This document shows positions 41,543-51,726 of a stretch of 64,000 nucleotides of DNA, one piece after another (the first letter of the stretch is position 1; each line of letters opens with the position of its first letter). The notes under the pieces were generated by a model that saw nothing but the letters and a program-made list of their open reading frames with translations, did not search any database and had not been told where the DNA came from. The DNA is from an uncultured Acidobacteriota bacterium (GTDB lineage: Bacteria; Acidobacteriota; Blastocatellia; RBC074). The stretch lies in assembly GCA_963796275.1 (NCBI GenBank), contig CAWCKY010000006.1, forward strand, positions 1,920,001 through 1,984,000. Direction: 5' to 3'. A program made the position numbers and the translations under genes.

Positions 41543-41950
41543 ATGAGCGTAGAAGAAAACAAGAATCTGGCACACCAACTCATTGACCGTTTCACCGCTA
41601 ACGATATTGCAGGCGCATTAGACCTGATGGCCGACGATGCCACTTGGTGGATCGCTGGCAAACCCGACCAGCTACCGGCAGCGGGCGTATACAATAAAGA
41701 TCAGATTGCCCGGCTCTTGTACAATATGGTCGGCCAGTTACCGAACGGGCTGAAGATGACAGTGAAAAATCTTGTCGCTGAGAATGACAAGGTAGCTATG
41801 GAAGCTGAGAGTTATGGCGAGCTTCGAAATGGGCGAGTTTACAACCAACAATATCACTTTTTGTTAACGGTTCGGGAAGGAAGGATAACCGCGATCAAGG
41901 AGTACCTCGACACGCAGCATGTCTACGCGACATGGTTCCAGACGATGTAG
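41543..41950 (+). CDS. Cassette: SnoaL/NTF2-like protein
   Basis: LMADDATWW, VAENDKVAME, YNQQYHF..GRITAIKEYLDT. Confidence 0.9.
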   Translation: MSVEENKNLAHQLIDRFTANDIAGALDLMADDATWWIAGKPDQLPAAGVYNKDQIARLLYNMVGQLPNGLKMTVKNLVAENDKVAMEAESYGELRNGRVYNQQYHFLLTVREGRITAIKEYLDTQHVYATWFQTM

Positions 41951-42028
41951 GCAGGACCGGAGCCGCCGATCCGGGGTTTTATTTTGAAATCCGAGGCTAT
42001 ACGGCAGCTCTGTGAACTCTGAATAGGC
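41951..42028 (+). repeat. Truncated attC (type A)
   Basis: ACCGGAGCCGCCGATCCGGGGTTTT..CGGCAGCTCTGTGAAC..ATAGGC; R'' missing. Confidence 0.75.
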
Positions 42029-42041
42029 GTATTCACGACCT

Positions 42042-42395
42042 ATGAAATACGAAAATATTCAAGTATTGACCAAAAACGAGATTGAGTCTGCGATTTCGCG
42101 AAATTATCCAGAAGAATTATTGTGCGCGGTTCTTTCGGCGGCGCTTTATTCCGATGACCCATTGTGGGCAGAAGATGTTTGCTTGCGTCTTTCAAATCAT
42201 GAGCATTCCAGTGTCAGAGGAAATGCTATTCTAGGATTTGGACATATAGCACGTATTCATATGGAACTTACAGAGAGCAAGGTCAAGCCACTAATTGAAA
42301 CTGCTTTAAAAGACAATAGTGATTTCGTGAGAGGCCATGCTAATGATGCAGCAGATGATGTAGAGTCCTTCTTGAAATGGAAGATCAAACGTTAG
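42042..42395 (+). CDS. Cassette: HEAT-repeat-like protein
   Basis: VRGNAILGFGHIAR; ALKDNSDFVRGHA. Confidence 0.8.
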   Translation: MKYENIQVLTKNEIESAISRNYPEELLCAVLSAALYSDDPLWAEDVCLRLSNHEHSSVRGNAILGFGHIARIHMELTESKVKPLIETALKDNSDFVRGHANDAADDVESFLKWKIKR

Positions 42396-42421
42396 GGTTA
42401 AGGTTTCTGTTATCACTGCGC

Positions 42422-42585
42422 GCCCAGCAATTGTTGTACCGGGAGCGCGCGAAACCAGGTTGTCGCTTGCCGCGTAAGGACGTCGCTCGGCGCCCGATGA
42501 ACACAACCGTTAAGCACTGGAGTCGCCGAGCCGGGATATTCTTGGAAGCCGAAGACAGACGGCGGCCCGGTGTACTCTGACTTTA
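42422..42585 (+). repeat. Two fused attC sites (type B, then headless type A)
   Basis: GCCCAGC..GTTAAGC (42422-42515) directly followed by ACTGGAGTCGCCGAGCCGGG..CGGCGGCCCGGTGTAC. Confidence 0.8.
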
Positions 42586-43121
42586 TGCCGAGTATCTGTA
42601 ATAGAAAGCGCATCTTAGTCATTGGATCCGGAGGGGCCGGCAAGTCGACGTTCTCACGCGCTCTCTCCGTCCGAGGCGGATTGCCAGTGATCCATTTGGA
42701 CCGCTACTACTGGAGATCAGGGTGGCAGGAGACGCCAACCGAAGAGTGGAACGCGCTCGTTACACAACTCGCTGAGCGGGATAGATGGATAATGGACGGC
42801 AACTATGGAGGGTCGCTGTCGATTCGATTGGAACGGTGCGATGCGGTTGTGTTCTTTGATTTTCCGAGGCTCAAATGTCTTCATGGTGTGATCAAACGGA
42901 GGCTCTCCACAAGAAATCGCACGAGGCCTGATATGGCAGCGGGCTGTCCGGAACGCCTGACATTGGAGTTCATCCGTTGGATATGGAACTATCCGAGTGC
43001 ATCACGGCCGCGAATCACAGCCGCTTTGCAGACCGCGAGTGAGAATATCGAGGTTGTAACCGTATCCAGCAGGAAGGACGTCGAGAATGTCTTGCTTGCT
43101 TGCGACCCACCGCAGGCATAA
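42585..43121 (+). CDS. Cassette: P-loop kinase, FlaR/DNA topology modulation family
   Basis: IGSGGAGKST, HLDRYYW, WIMDGNY, RPDMAAGCPE; stop lies in GCATAAC. Confidence 0.9.
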   Translation: MPSICNRKRILVIGSGGAGKSTFSRALSVRGGLPVIHLDRYYWRSGWQETPTEEWNALVTQLAERDRWIMDGNYGGSLSIRLERCDAVVFFDFPRLKCLHGVIKRRLSTRNRTRPDMAAGCPERLTLEFIRWIWNYPSASRPRITAALQTASENIEVVTVSSRKDVENVLLACDPPQA

Positions 43122-43409
43122 CACTCATTGCACCGCCGTCGCCCACCCAGGGAGGACAAGGAAGGGATGGCATCAGGGGGATCGCTTAGATAATTCAAGC
43201 AACTTATAAGTCTCCAGCGTAACTCAATCTACCGATTTTCCGCTGAAACCCGCTTTAAAATAAGCTGAGCGTCAGATGTGTTAAGCTTCCCAAATCTCAA
43301 TGACACGTTTCATTAATTTCAAGCACCTGAAAGCGGGAAGGGAATTTGATTGAGTCAGGGTTGCCCTCCTAAAGTGCCTCCACCAACAAAATAGAGAAGG
43401 GGAAATAAA

Positions 43410-43892
43410 ATGTTTCAGAGCATGAATACAGTCGGGCGCAAACAGCACTATTCAGCGGCTTCAATGATCGATCAACTTTGGGTCATGGTGGAAATGCCCG
43501 TGAGGTTTGAGGGCAGGCCAGTCTCATCGCGCGCTGTGATGATATCACTCTTTTGGCAGCAATACGGCCTCGATCTGCTCCATCCCAAATTCAGTCGATG
43601 GCTGGAACAGAATGCGCCTGATGTGAAATATGCAGTGGCACAAAACAGTGTCAGAAACGGCGTGAATGCAGGTATGAGAGTGGGATCAGACGGAAAGGTA
43701 AAAGTGCAACTCCCGCTGGAGCTCGACCAAAGACTGAGAGAGGTCTCATCGCAATATATGATGTGGCAAATTGAACCGGAGATGGAGCAAATGAAACCGG
43801 AGATGGAGCAAGAGGATCAGATTGCGACAATCGTGTATTTGAATAAACCCGCGGTGAGCCAAAAAATGGACTGTTACAAACTCGCGTCTTAA
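43410..43892 (+). CDS. Hypothetical protein
   Basis: 160-aa ORF with RBS; short internal duplication PEMEQ. Confidence 0.55.
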   Translation: MFQSMNTVGRKQHYSAASMIDQLWVMVEMPVRFEGRPVSSRAVMISLFWQQYGLDLLHPKFSRWLEQNAPDVKYAVAQNSVRNGVNAGMRVGSDGKVKVQLPLELDQRLREVSSQYMMWQIEPEMEQMKPEMEQEDQIATIVYLNKPAVSQKMDCYKLAS

Positions 43893-44174
43893 ACTCACCA
43901 CTCTGTCCAAGAATAATTGATCTCTCTGACTTTTAAGCATCGCAGGCAAATAAAAAGAATATTTCTGCTAACTACGCCAGCGGCATTATCCAACAATATT
44001 CATCAGAACGTGTGGGAATGTTCGATTGCAGAATCTCATATTAAGGGAAATGTTCCGGACGAGATTGATCTAGAAAATTTCCTCGTTATAGACTTAGACT
44101 TGCAAACATATTTCAACAACTCGACAAGAGAGAGGGCTAAGTGACAGGCGTGTTGAAGGGAAAACGAGGAGTTG

Positions 44175-44906
44175 ATGAGTAGCCTTTCCGGAAAGGTCGC
44201 ACTGGTCACTGGAGCTTCGCGTGGAATTGGTGCGAGCGTTGCACGAATGCTAGCCGACCGAGGAGCAGACGTAGCAATTAACTACCACAGTAAGGCCTCA
44301 CGTGCGGAAAGTATAGCTGACGATGTGCGTGCGAGGGGCCAGCGTGCCCTGTTGGTGCAAGCAGATATGACAAAGGCGTTTGAGGTTACTGCAATGGTAG
44401 AGGCCGTGCGACACGAGTACAGTCGATTGGACGTATTGGTATTGAATGCAAGCGGTGGTCTGGAGAAAGATAAACCTGCAGATTACGCGATGCAGCTCAA
44501 CTTGACAGCGCAAGTACAGCTGGTAGACGCGTCATTACCGCTGATGCCAAGAGGCGGGCGCATCGTTTTTGTCACGAGCCACATGGCGCATTTCTATGGT
44601 GAAAGGCCTATTGTCGGTCCCTATGAACCGGTAGCGGCGAGCAAGTATGCAGGCGAACAAGCGCTGCGCGCACGCTCTAAGGAATTCGCGAATTGTGGAA
44701 TCGGATTTGTCGTAGTCAGCGGCGATATGATCGAAGGAACAATCACCCCAAAGTTATTGGAGAGAATGAATAAGGGGACAATTGAGTTACGTCGGAGTCA
44801 GGTCGGTGCCCTTCCTACCGTGGAAGAGTTTGCACACGCCATTGCCGAGGCCGCATCATCCACCGAGATCGGCAGTCCGACAATATTTATTGGAAGTACA
44901 GAATGA
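44175..44906 (+). CDS. SDR oxidoreductase
   Basis: TGASRGIG, LVLNASGG; followed by GCCTAAC 44913. Confidence 0.92.
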   Translation: MSSLSGKVALVTGASRGIGASVARMLADRGADVAINYHSKASRAESIADDVRARGQRALLVQADMTKAFEVTAMVEAVRHEYSRLDVLVLNASGGLEKDKPADYAMQLNLTAQVQLVDASLPLMPRGGRIVFVTSHMAHFYGERPIVGPYEPVAASKYAGEQALRARSKEFANCGIGFVVVSGDMIEGTITPKLLERMNKGTIELRRSQVGALPTVEEFAHAIAEAASSTEIGSPTIFIGSTE

Positions 44907-45063
44907 AGTTTAGCCTAACCCCGCGCCGCACGCGGCCACGTGCGAACACTGTCCGTACTATCGGCAGGCGCATGCTCATTGGCCGACATGGCCTTTGAAA
45001 TTACTTTCCGCTATCTTGAAATTGCTGAACCTTCCGCAGTTCAGGGCCAGGAGTGCCGCTTCC

Positions 45064-45798
45064 TCAACCGCGCGTCGCTTGGACCCTAGTCCCGTACTCG
45101 AGCGATGCCACCCAATCCCTTCGTCCCTGCGGCGTCAGGTCCAGTATGTTCCAAATAGGGTTAGACTCATCAATGCCGCGCTCTTTGATGTCTTCGGCCA
45201 GCTGAGGATGAACACTGTAAAAATGGCGCACCGTGCCATCACCGTCTCGTGTGAAAACCGAAATCGTCGAGTCCTGATTTCCCTCGCGATCCTCGCTGCC
45301 GAGATCGTACTTAAAAGTGCTCTCGCCAGCGCTCAACAAACGCACTTTATCCCAACCTCTTTTTCGCGCGTGAGCGCGCAGGGTAGACGGATCAGCCGCA
45401 GCGACGATCGCCAGGTCAATATTTTGCACCAGGTGAGGAGCAACACCGTTGATGCTATCGATCCAGGCGGTACACATTGGGCACGGACTGGTTTGTTTCT
45501 TTCCGTACATAAACTGATAGATCAGGAGCGAACGATCCGGCGCAGTGAACAGTTCGCTCAACCGTACCTTTCGTACCGGCTCATCGCCTTTATCGAGAGA
45601 AGCCGGGCCTTCAAGAAATTCGTAATCACGAATCGTCGCACCTTTTGGCAAGCCCCGCCGCAGCTCCGCGCATAGTTCGCGTTGTTTCAAGAATTCAATT
45701 TCTGCCAGCCGCAGCTCCTCGCGCTTTGCCAGATATTCCGGCGACTCATTCGCCAGATTAGTTTGACGATACGTTCCATCAATCATTTCATGAACCAT
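45064..45798 (-). CDS. DUF899 (thioredoxin-like) protein
   Basis: LAKREELRLAE, LSELF, YQFMYG..CPMCT, NILDLTPQGR; RBS GGAGG before ATG 45798. Confidence 0.88.
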   Translation of the reverse strand: MVHEMIDGTYRQTNLANESPEYLAKREELRLAEIEFLKQRELCAELRRGLPKGATIRDYEFLEGPASLDKGDEPVRKVRLSELFTAPDRSLLIYQFMYGKKQTSPCPMCTAWIDSINGVAPHLVQNIDLAIVAAADPSTLRAHARKRGWDKVRLLSAGESTFKYDLGSEDREGNQDSTISVFTRDGDGTVRHFYSVHPQLAEDIKERGIDESNPIWNILDLTPQGRRDWVASLEYGTRVQATRG

Positions 45799-46288
45799 TA
45801 GTATCACCTCCAGTAAAGAATAGCTCTCCCTCTTTCCAATCGATCGAGAACATCGAAGGAAACCAGGTCGGAAATCTCTTTGTGGGAATGAAAGAAATAT
45901 ACCACGAACTCCATTCGTGGACATAGAGAAGGCTGCTCGATAGAGTCGTCGTAAAATGAGCCGCCACTTGCCGCCACATGATTGCCTGGACAATTTCACT
46001 CTAACCATAACTAGTTAGGCGTCATGGATCGCGCGCAGTGGCGACGTGTCGTGGAACAGCTTCGAGACGTCCCTGATGTTGATTAATCGTCTGTCGCTTG
46101 AGCGCCGTCGTCGGCCAGGATATTCGCCTGCGTTCAGAAAGCCATAAAACATCGTAATGAAGCTCAGCGTAAAGTAACAGAACCAAGCGGTAACTTGTCC
46201 AGCCAAACTCTGGCTTGAAGGAAACATCCGTCTGTCGTAGAGTCTTGTGGAAGCGCTCGCAGCGATCAGCTTATCGCACGCGCGCGCA

Positions 46289-46357
46289 GCCTAACCAGCG
46301 GTTTCAGCCGATCTACTCCGCTGACGCTCGGCGAACGCCTGAACCGCAGCGTTAGGC
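46289..46357 (+). repeat. attC (classical short type)
   Basis: GCCTAAC CAGCGG TTTCAGCCGA..CGCCTGAAC CGCAGC GTTAGGC. Confidence 0.85.
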
Positions 46358-46420
46358 AGTCCAAGATAATGCTTATTATGCATAAATAACCAATAACCGA
46401 TTTTACAGGAGAAATAAACT

Positions 46421-46879
46421 ATGGCCGATTCTAGTAATACCGTCCGCCTTCACCGCGTCCTTCGCGCGACGCCCGACCGAGTCTATCGGGCATTCCTCGA
46501 TCCCGACGCGATGGAAAAGTGGCTTCCGCCTCATGGATTCACGGGCAAAATCCATGAAATGGACGCACGTGTCGGTGGCGGCTATCGAATGTCGTTTACG
46601 AACTTCGGGACAGGCAAGAGTCATTCTTTCGGGGCGAAATACATCGAGCTTACCAAGAATGTGCGGATCAAACATACCGACAAATTTGATGATCCCAACC
46701 TGCCGGGAGAGATGCAGGTCACGATCTCACTACAAAAGGTCGCTTGTGGAACTGAGTTGACGATAGTTCAAGAAGGGATTCCGCCGGTGATTCCGGTCGA
46801 GTTCTGCTATCTTGGATGGCAGGAGTCGTTGGCATTGCTGGCGTATCTTGTTGAACCGGAGATTCCGGATGGCGCATAG
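46421..46879 (+). CDS. Cassette: SRPBCC/AHSA1 family protein
   Basis: VRLHRVLRATPDRVYRAFLDPDA..WLPP..GWQESL. Confidence 0.92.
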   Translation: MADSSNTVRLHRVLRATPDRVYRAFLDPDAMEKWLPPHGFTGKIHEMDARVGGGYRMSFTNFGTGKSHSFGAKYIELTKNVRIKHTDKFDDPNLPGEMQVTISLQKVACGTELTIVQEGIPPVIPVEFCYLGWQESLALLAYLVEPEIPDGA

Positions 46880-46974
46880 CTATTTCATTAATTACCGCGA
46901 TACCGAATTCAGAGTTAAAAGAAGAACGATGATAACTTAAAAAGTGATTTGGTATCGATTGAGTTTTGCAATGG

Positions 46975-47060
46975 TCAGTCCGTTCGACCGGAGGCGCCGC
47001 TGCTTTCAGATTAAACCTTTGAGAAATGGCGGCGCCATTATGAACTTTTATCCGTTAGGC
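46975..47060 (+). repeat. Degenerate attC
   Basis: GTTCGACCGGAGGCGCCGC..GGCGGCGCC..TGAAC..GTTAGGC. Confidence 0.6.
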
Positions 47061-47173
47061 TGTTATCAATATCAATGAAGGAAAGGGGAACTGCTGGGCA
47101 CGAATCTGCTGACCTTCAATGGTTTCGCTCGTAGCGCTTCGGGACCGAACGGTACTGGTGAACATGTAAATGC

Positions 47174-47261
47174 GCCTAACCATCGTTCCGGCAGAGCCGC
47201 CGATCCGGGAATTTATGGGAAGCCGAAGCAACATGCGGCCCGATGAACTCTGACGTTAGAC
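47174..47261 (+). repeat. attC (type A)
   Basis: GCCTAAC..AGAGCCGCCGATCCGGG..GCGGCCCGATGAAC..GTTAGAC. Confidence 0.85.
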
Positions 47262-47285
47262 TGCAGATACTGGAAAGGAGGACTG

Positions 47286-48539
47286 ATGAATCCCGCGGAA
47301 TCTTTCGATGCCAACCGCCTGGGAACTCTCTTTGATCCCTTCCATGATCCCTACCTGGCCGATCCCTATCCCTTCTTTTCAGAGGCTCAAGCAGCGACTC
47401 CCGTCTTCTATAGCCCGCTGCTTGATTACTGGGTTGTCACTCGCTATCACGACATTCGGCAAGTGTTCCAGAAGCCCCAGCTCTTCTCTGCTGTCAATGC
47501 CTTGGCGCCGATCCAGCCGATTTGCCCTGCCGCAAACCACATCCTGACGGAAGGCAACTTCCGCCCGGTGCAAACGCTGACCAATAACGATCCCCCGGCT
47601 CATACCCGGGTCCGGCGGCTGGCGAACGTAGCCTTCACGCCACGCCGTGTCGCCGCCATGGAATCGTTTATCCGCGAGCTGACCGTGAGTTTTGTCACCG
47701 AGCGTCTGTCGCGTGGCCGGGCCGATCTCGTGCGCGACCTCGCGTGGGAGCTGCCAGCCTTCGTTATCTTCCGGGTCTTGGGCATCCCGGACGATGATGT
47801 CGCGCGGGTCAAAGCGGGATCAGAGAGCCGTCTCTTGTTCATGTGGGGCCGTCCAACGGAAGCCGAGCAGATCCATTTGGCGCACGGCATGGCGGCATTC
47901 TGGCAGTATGCAGAGGCACTGGTGGCGGACCGCGCACGGGAACCCCGTGACGACCTCACAAGTGATCTCCTCCTCGCCCGCGATGGGGACGAGCCTGCAT
48001 TGACTCCGCCGGAAGTCACGACGATAGTCTACGGCCTGCTGCTGGCTGGTCATGAGACAACCACCAGCTTGCTCGGCAATGCTTTCCGCCAGTTACTAAC
48101 TGAGCGCCTCACCTGGGAAGCGATTTGCCAGGACCCCGGGCTGATTCCGAACGCGATTGAGGAAGTGCTACGGTTGGACTCGTCTGTCATTACGTGGCGC
48201 CGGAAGACCACCCAGGCAGTGGACATCGGGGGCGTGTCGATCCCGGCCAACGCGAACGTGCTTTTGCTCTTGGGCGCAGCCAATCGTGATCCGACGGTCT
48301 TCGACAATCCCAACCGATTCGACATTCATCGGGCGAATGCCAAGGACCATCTCTCCTTCGGGCACGGATCGCACTTCTGCCTGGGGGCACCTCTGGGTCG
48401 GTTGGAAGCGCGCGTGGTACTGGAGGAGTTGAGCGCACGGCTACCACAACTGCGTCTCGTGCCAGGGCAGACGCTGCACTTCCAATCCAACACGTCGTTC
48501 CGTGGTCCGCTTTCATTGCTGGTCGAGTGGGATGTTTGA
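47286..48539 (+). CDS. Cassette: cytochrome P450
   Basis: AGHETT, EEVLR, FGHGSHFCLG haem motif. Confidence 0.96.
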   Translation: MNPAESFDANRLGTLFDPFHDPYLADPYPFFSEAQAATPVFYSPLLDYWVVTRYHDIRQVFQKPQLFSAVNALAPIQPICPAANHILTEGNFRPVQTLTNNDPPAHTRVRRLANVAFTPRRVAAMESFIRELTVSFVTERLSRGRADLVRDLAWELPAFVIFRVLGIPDDDVARVKAGSESRLLFMWGRPTEAEQIHLAHGMAAFWQYAEALVADRAREPRDDLTSDLLLARDGDEPALTPPEVTTIVYGLLLAGHETTTSLLGNAFRQLLTERLTWEAICQDPGLIPNAIEEVLRLDSSVITWRRKTTQAVDIGGVSIPANANVLLLLGAANRDPTVFDNPNRFDIHRANAKDHLSFGHGSHFCLGAPLGRLEARVVLEELSARLPQLRLVPGQTLHFQSNTSFRGPLSLLVEWDV

Positions 48540-48572
48540 CCGGTGGCGCGAGGAGACCGTTCACGAGCAACA

Positions 48573-48651
48573 GTCTAACAAACCCCTGCATCCGGCCTAT
48601 AGCGTCAACTCCGCTCCCGTTTTGGGCAGCGTCTGAGTCGCGGCCTTAGGC
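48573..48651 (+). repeat. Degenerate attC
   Basis: GTCTAACAAACCCCTGCATCCG..CTTAGGC. Confidence 0.55.
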
Positions 48652-48758
48652 GCGCTGAATGATTGTTACGCTGGCAATAAGAACGATCTACGGGGGACTG
48701 GTTTCATCACAATAGCCCGCGTCGAGTGCCGCGACAACACCGGATAATGCGACGCCGG

Positions 48759-50342
48759 CTACTGCAAGTCGGTGTTGCTCACAAACGCAATTTTCTTACC
48801 GTCCGGCGACCACGACGGCACGTTGATCGTACCCTGGCCGCCATAAAGATAGGCAATTACTTTGGGAGCGCCGCCGCCAATCGGCATCAGACGCAGGTAA
48901 ACGTGTTTGTAAAAAGGGTGATCGCCTGGAGCGATGTCTTTGGGGAACGAGATGAAAACGATCCATTTGCCATCGGGCGAGATGTGTGGGAACCAGTTGT
49001 TCAATTCGTCGTTGGTGATCTGAATCTGCTCACTGCCATCGGGTTTCATCCGCCAGATTTGCATTGTACCTGTGCGGAATGAATTGAAGTAGATATATTG
49101 GCCATCTGGCGTGTATTCCGGCCCGTCATCCACTCCTTTCGTGGTCGTCAGTTGAATCTCTTCGCCGCCCTGCGCCGGGATTTTGTATATGTCGAATTCA
49201 TTGTTGCGTCCGCCCGTAAACACGAGAAACTTTTTGTCAGGCGACCAGCCGTGCAAATACGATGGGCCTTTGCGCGTTACTTTCACAGGCTTGCCGCCCC
49301 CACCGGGAACCGTAAATATCATCGAGACGTTGCCGTCTTCCGCGCTCGAACTGCTAATGCCCAGCATCTTACCATCGAAGGAAAACACGTGATCGTTGTT
49401 ATTGCGCTTCACATCGCCCGTATCGAAGACCTCTGGCGTGTTGGTGTTCAGAGCGAAGCGGTAAAGCAAGCCGTTGTGGTTATAGAGGAGATACTTGCCA
49501 TCAGTCGTCCAATTGGGCGCTTGCAGCGAATCTTTGACCCGGTACAAAACCTTACGCTGATGTGTGGCCAAATCCAACACTTCCAGTTTGCTGCCGATGT
49601 ATTCACGGTACGGCACAAAACCATCTCTGGCAGGCACAGTGATTTCGACATCGCGAAAAACCGCTGTCTCGGAAACATCTTTGTTGTGTGAACAGACGTA
49701 AAGGCCCAGATAAACTTCATCACCCAAAGCTACCTCGGATACTTCCGGTGCTGTGAACGTTTCTCCAAAATTGGCGACGGACATTGTGTATGTATTGCCC
49801 TTTCGTTCAAGCTGAATGACATCCGGGCTTTTCGCCGCAAAATTCACACGCCCGGTTTCCGCGCCTTTCGCTCGCCGGATTTGCAATGAAGCATGGCCAT
49901 CTCCGTGAACAGTGGCGTTGACGTGGGGCGAGTCCGCATCGAGGCTCGAGCGAACGATCCAGCCGATTTTGCGATGAGGATCAACGCCTTTGCCGAGAAA
50001 TTCCACCCGAGCGCGCAGAATGAAATTGCCTTTCATCCGCTTCCACACGAAATGAAACTCATCTCTTCCCGCCCACATATTCGCGCCCGATCCGGTGATG
50101 GTGTAGCTCTGCTTCCCGGCGTCGTAAACAACAGAACCTGGCTTGGCTGGATTGCCCACGTCTTCGTGACTATCAAATTGCCCCACGGACTTTTGTTGAG
50201 CATAGGCAACGGAGCACAGAGGCAATGCCAGTATGGCCGCCAGCAGAATTGACGTCGCAAACGATTTCGAAAACAACGGCGAACTCCAGTTAGTACGGAG
50301 ACCTACTATTGGTAGGATGAGCAAAACGAATATGTCTGACAT
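48759..50342 (-). CDS. Secreted TolB-like (PD40) beta-propeller with N-terminal lectin-like domain
   Basis: APNWTTDG, HGWSPD, DGPEYTPDG, FPHISPDG, PSWSPDG repeats. Confidence 0.88.
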   Translation of the reverse strand: MSDIFVLLILPIVGLRTNWSSPLFSKSFATSILLAAILALPLCSVAYAQQKSVGQFDSHEDVGNPAKPGSVVYDAGKQSYTITGSGANMWAGRDEFHFVWKRMKGNFILRARVEFLGKGVDPHRKIGWIVRSSLDADSPHVNATVHGDGHASLQIRRAKGAETGRVNFAAKSPDVIQLERKGNTYTMSVANFGETFTAPEVSEVALGDEVYLGLYVCSHNKDVSETAVFRDVEITVPARDGFVPYREYIGSKLEVLDLATHQRKVLYRVKDSLQAPNWTTDGKYLLYNHNGLLYRFALNTNTPEVFDTGDVKRNNNDHVFSFDGKMLGISSSSAEDGNVSMIFTVPGGGGKPVKVTRKGPSYLHGWSPDKKFLVFTGGRNNEFDIYKIPAQGGEEIQLTTTKGVDDGPEYTPDGQYIYFNSFRTGTMQIWRMKPDGSEQIQITNDELNNWFPHISPDGKWIVFISFPKDIAPGDHPFYKHVYLRLMPIGGGAPKVIAYLYGGQGTINVPSWSPDGKKIAFVSNTDLQ

Positions 50343-50762
50343 TCGTGTGACTCCAGTTAGAATTTATGAGGTATTACAGTTTCAGTTAGTGGATAAAGGT
50401 ATCGCTCATCTATTACACCATGTTTCGATCTATTGTCAAAATTCGTCAAAATTAAACAAGTTCTTCGACCTGAGCAAATCCGATAGCCCGTAATTCCATC
50501 GGTCAGGTCATCGCGGCGTTGGCTGCGGCCACAAACGTGTCGAGTCGAAACGGCTCCATTTGGTCGGGTTGTCGCCGAGAAGTATGGGGCACCGACATAG
50601 ATGGCCGTCGGTCTCGGCCACTGATGCTCGCGGACGTATAACCCAAAGCTGTCTAACAGAGGTATCAAGCCGCCTAAGGAGCCTAAGGAGCCTAAGGATA
50701 AGACGCGCCGCGGATGAGAGGCCTTGTCTAGCAATCGCGAACTCTTGTAATCTTCATCGGCG

Positions 50763-50820
50763 GCCCAACAAAGGTTGCACTTGAGCCACCGGACCGATGT
50801 TTTATTGAAAGCCGAGGCGG
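50763..50820 (+). repeat. Left part of attC (type A)
   Basis: GCCCAACAAAGGTTGCACTTGAGCCACCG..TTTTATTGAAAGCCGAGG. Confidence 0.7.
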
Positions 50821-50886
50821 AAGACTGACCGATATCGCCCTTATCGATCGGCGCAAAAGGACTCGGTCAATGGGTGGAGTTTAAGA

Positions 50887-51726
50887 TTGACGCTACCGAT
50901 GAGGCGGAAGCGCACGGGAGGGAACGTGCCAAACTTTCAATCGAAGCCGTTGAAGAGCGGTCATGCCCCGATCAACGGGATCAAGGTATATTACGAGGTG
51001 CATGGGCACAGAGACGGGCTTCCGCTCGTTCTGCTTCACGGTGGTGGGTCCACCATTGAGGTCACGTTCAGCAGAGTTCTGCCGGTTTTCGCCCGCAACC
51101 GCAGGGTCATCGCGGTCGAAGAGCAGGGGCATGGCCGGACGACCGATCGCGATGCGCCAGTCACATTCGAATCCTCTGCGGATGACATCGCGGCTCTCCT
51201 CGGCTACCTGACGATCGAGAAGGCGGACGTCTTTGGATTCAGTAACGGCGCCAGCGTCGCTCTCCACGTCGCTATGCGACATCCACAGCTCGTTCGAAAG
51301 TTGGTCTACGCTTCATCGATGACAAAGAGGGACGGCGCTCATCCGCAGCTCTGGGAATTCATGAAGCAGGCGGACTTCTCCAACATGCCGCAACCGCTCA
51401 AGGACGCATTCCTTAAGGTGAACCCGGACGTGAATCGGCTCAAAACCATGCATGACAAGGATGCCGCGCGGATGCAGAATTTCAAGGACATCCCGGAGGC
51501 ATTGCTAAGGTCGGTGAGTGCACAGACGCTGATTGTTATTGGTGATCAAGACATCGTGAAAGTTGAGCATGCGGTAGAGCTGACTCGCCTGATTTCAGGC
51601 GCACGCCTGCTTATCTTGCCCGGTGGGCACGGTGACTATCTTGGCGAAGCCGTGATGACGCAGAGAGATACCCGCTACCCCGAGCTAACCGCGCAGCTGA
51701 TCGAAGAGTTCCTCGACTCTAACTGA
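50887..51726 (+). CDS. Alpha/beta hydrolase
   Basis: LLHGG, EEQGHGRT, GFSNGA nucleophile motif; start uncertain. Confidence 0.9.
   Translation: MTLPMRRKRTGGNVPNFQSKPLKSGHAPINGIKVYYEVHGHRDGLPLVLLHGGGSTIEVTFSRVLPVFARNRRVIAVEEQGHGRTTDRDAPVTFESSADDIAALLGYLTIEKADVFGFSNGASVALHVAMRHPQLVRKLVYASSMTKRDGAHPQLWEFMKQADFSNMPQPLKDAFLKVNPDVNRLKTMHDKDAARMQNFKDIPEALLRSVSAQTLIVIGDQDIVKVEHAVELTRLISGARLLILPGGHGDYLGEAVMTQRDTRYPELTAQLIEEFLDSN

Noticed and set aside
43773-43812. 21-bp-period duplication encoding PEMEQ
   Set aside because: Simple local duplication, too short to interpret.
50651-50700. GCCTAAGGA x3 tandem repeat
   Set aside because: Short slippage expansion inside a decayed attC-like site; no evidence of function.
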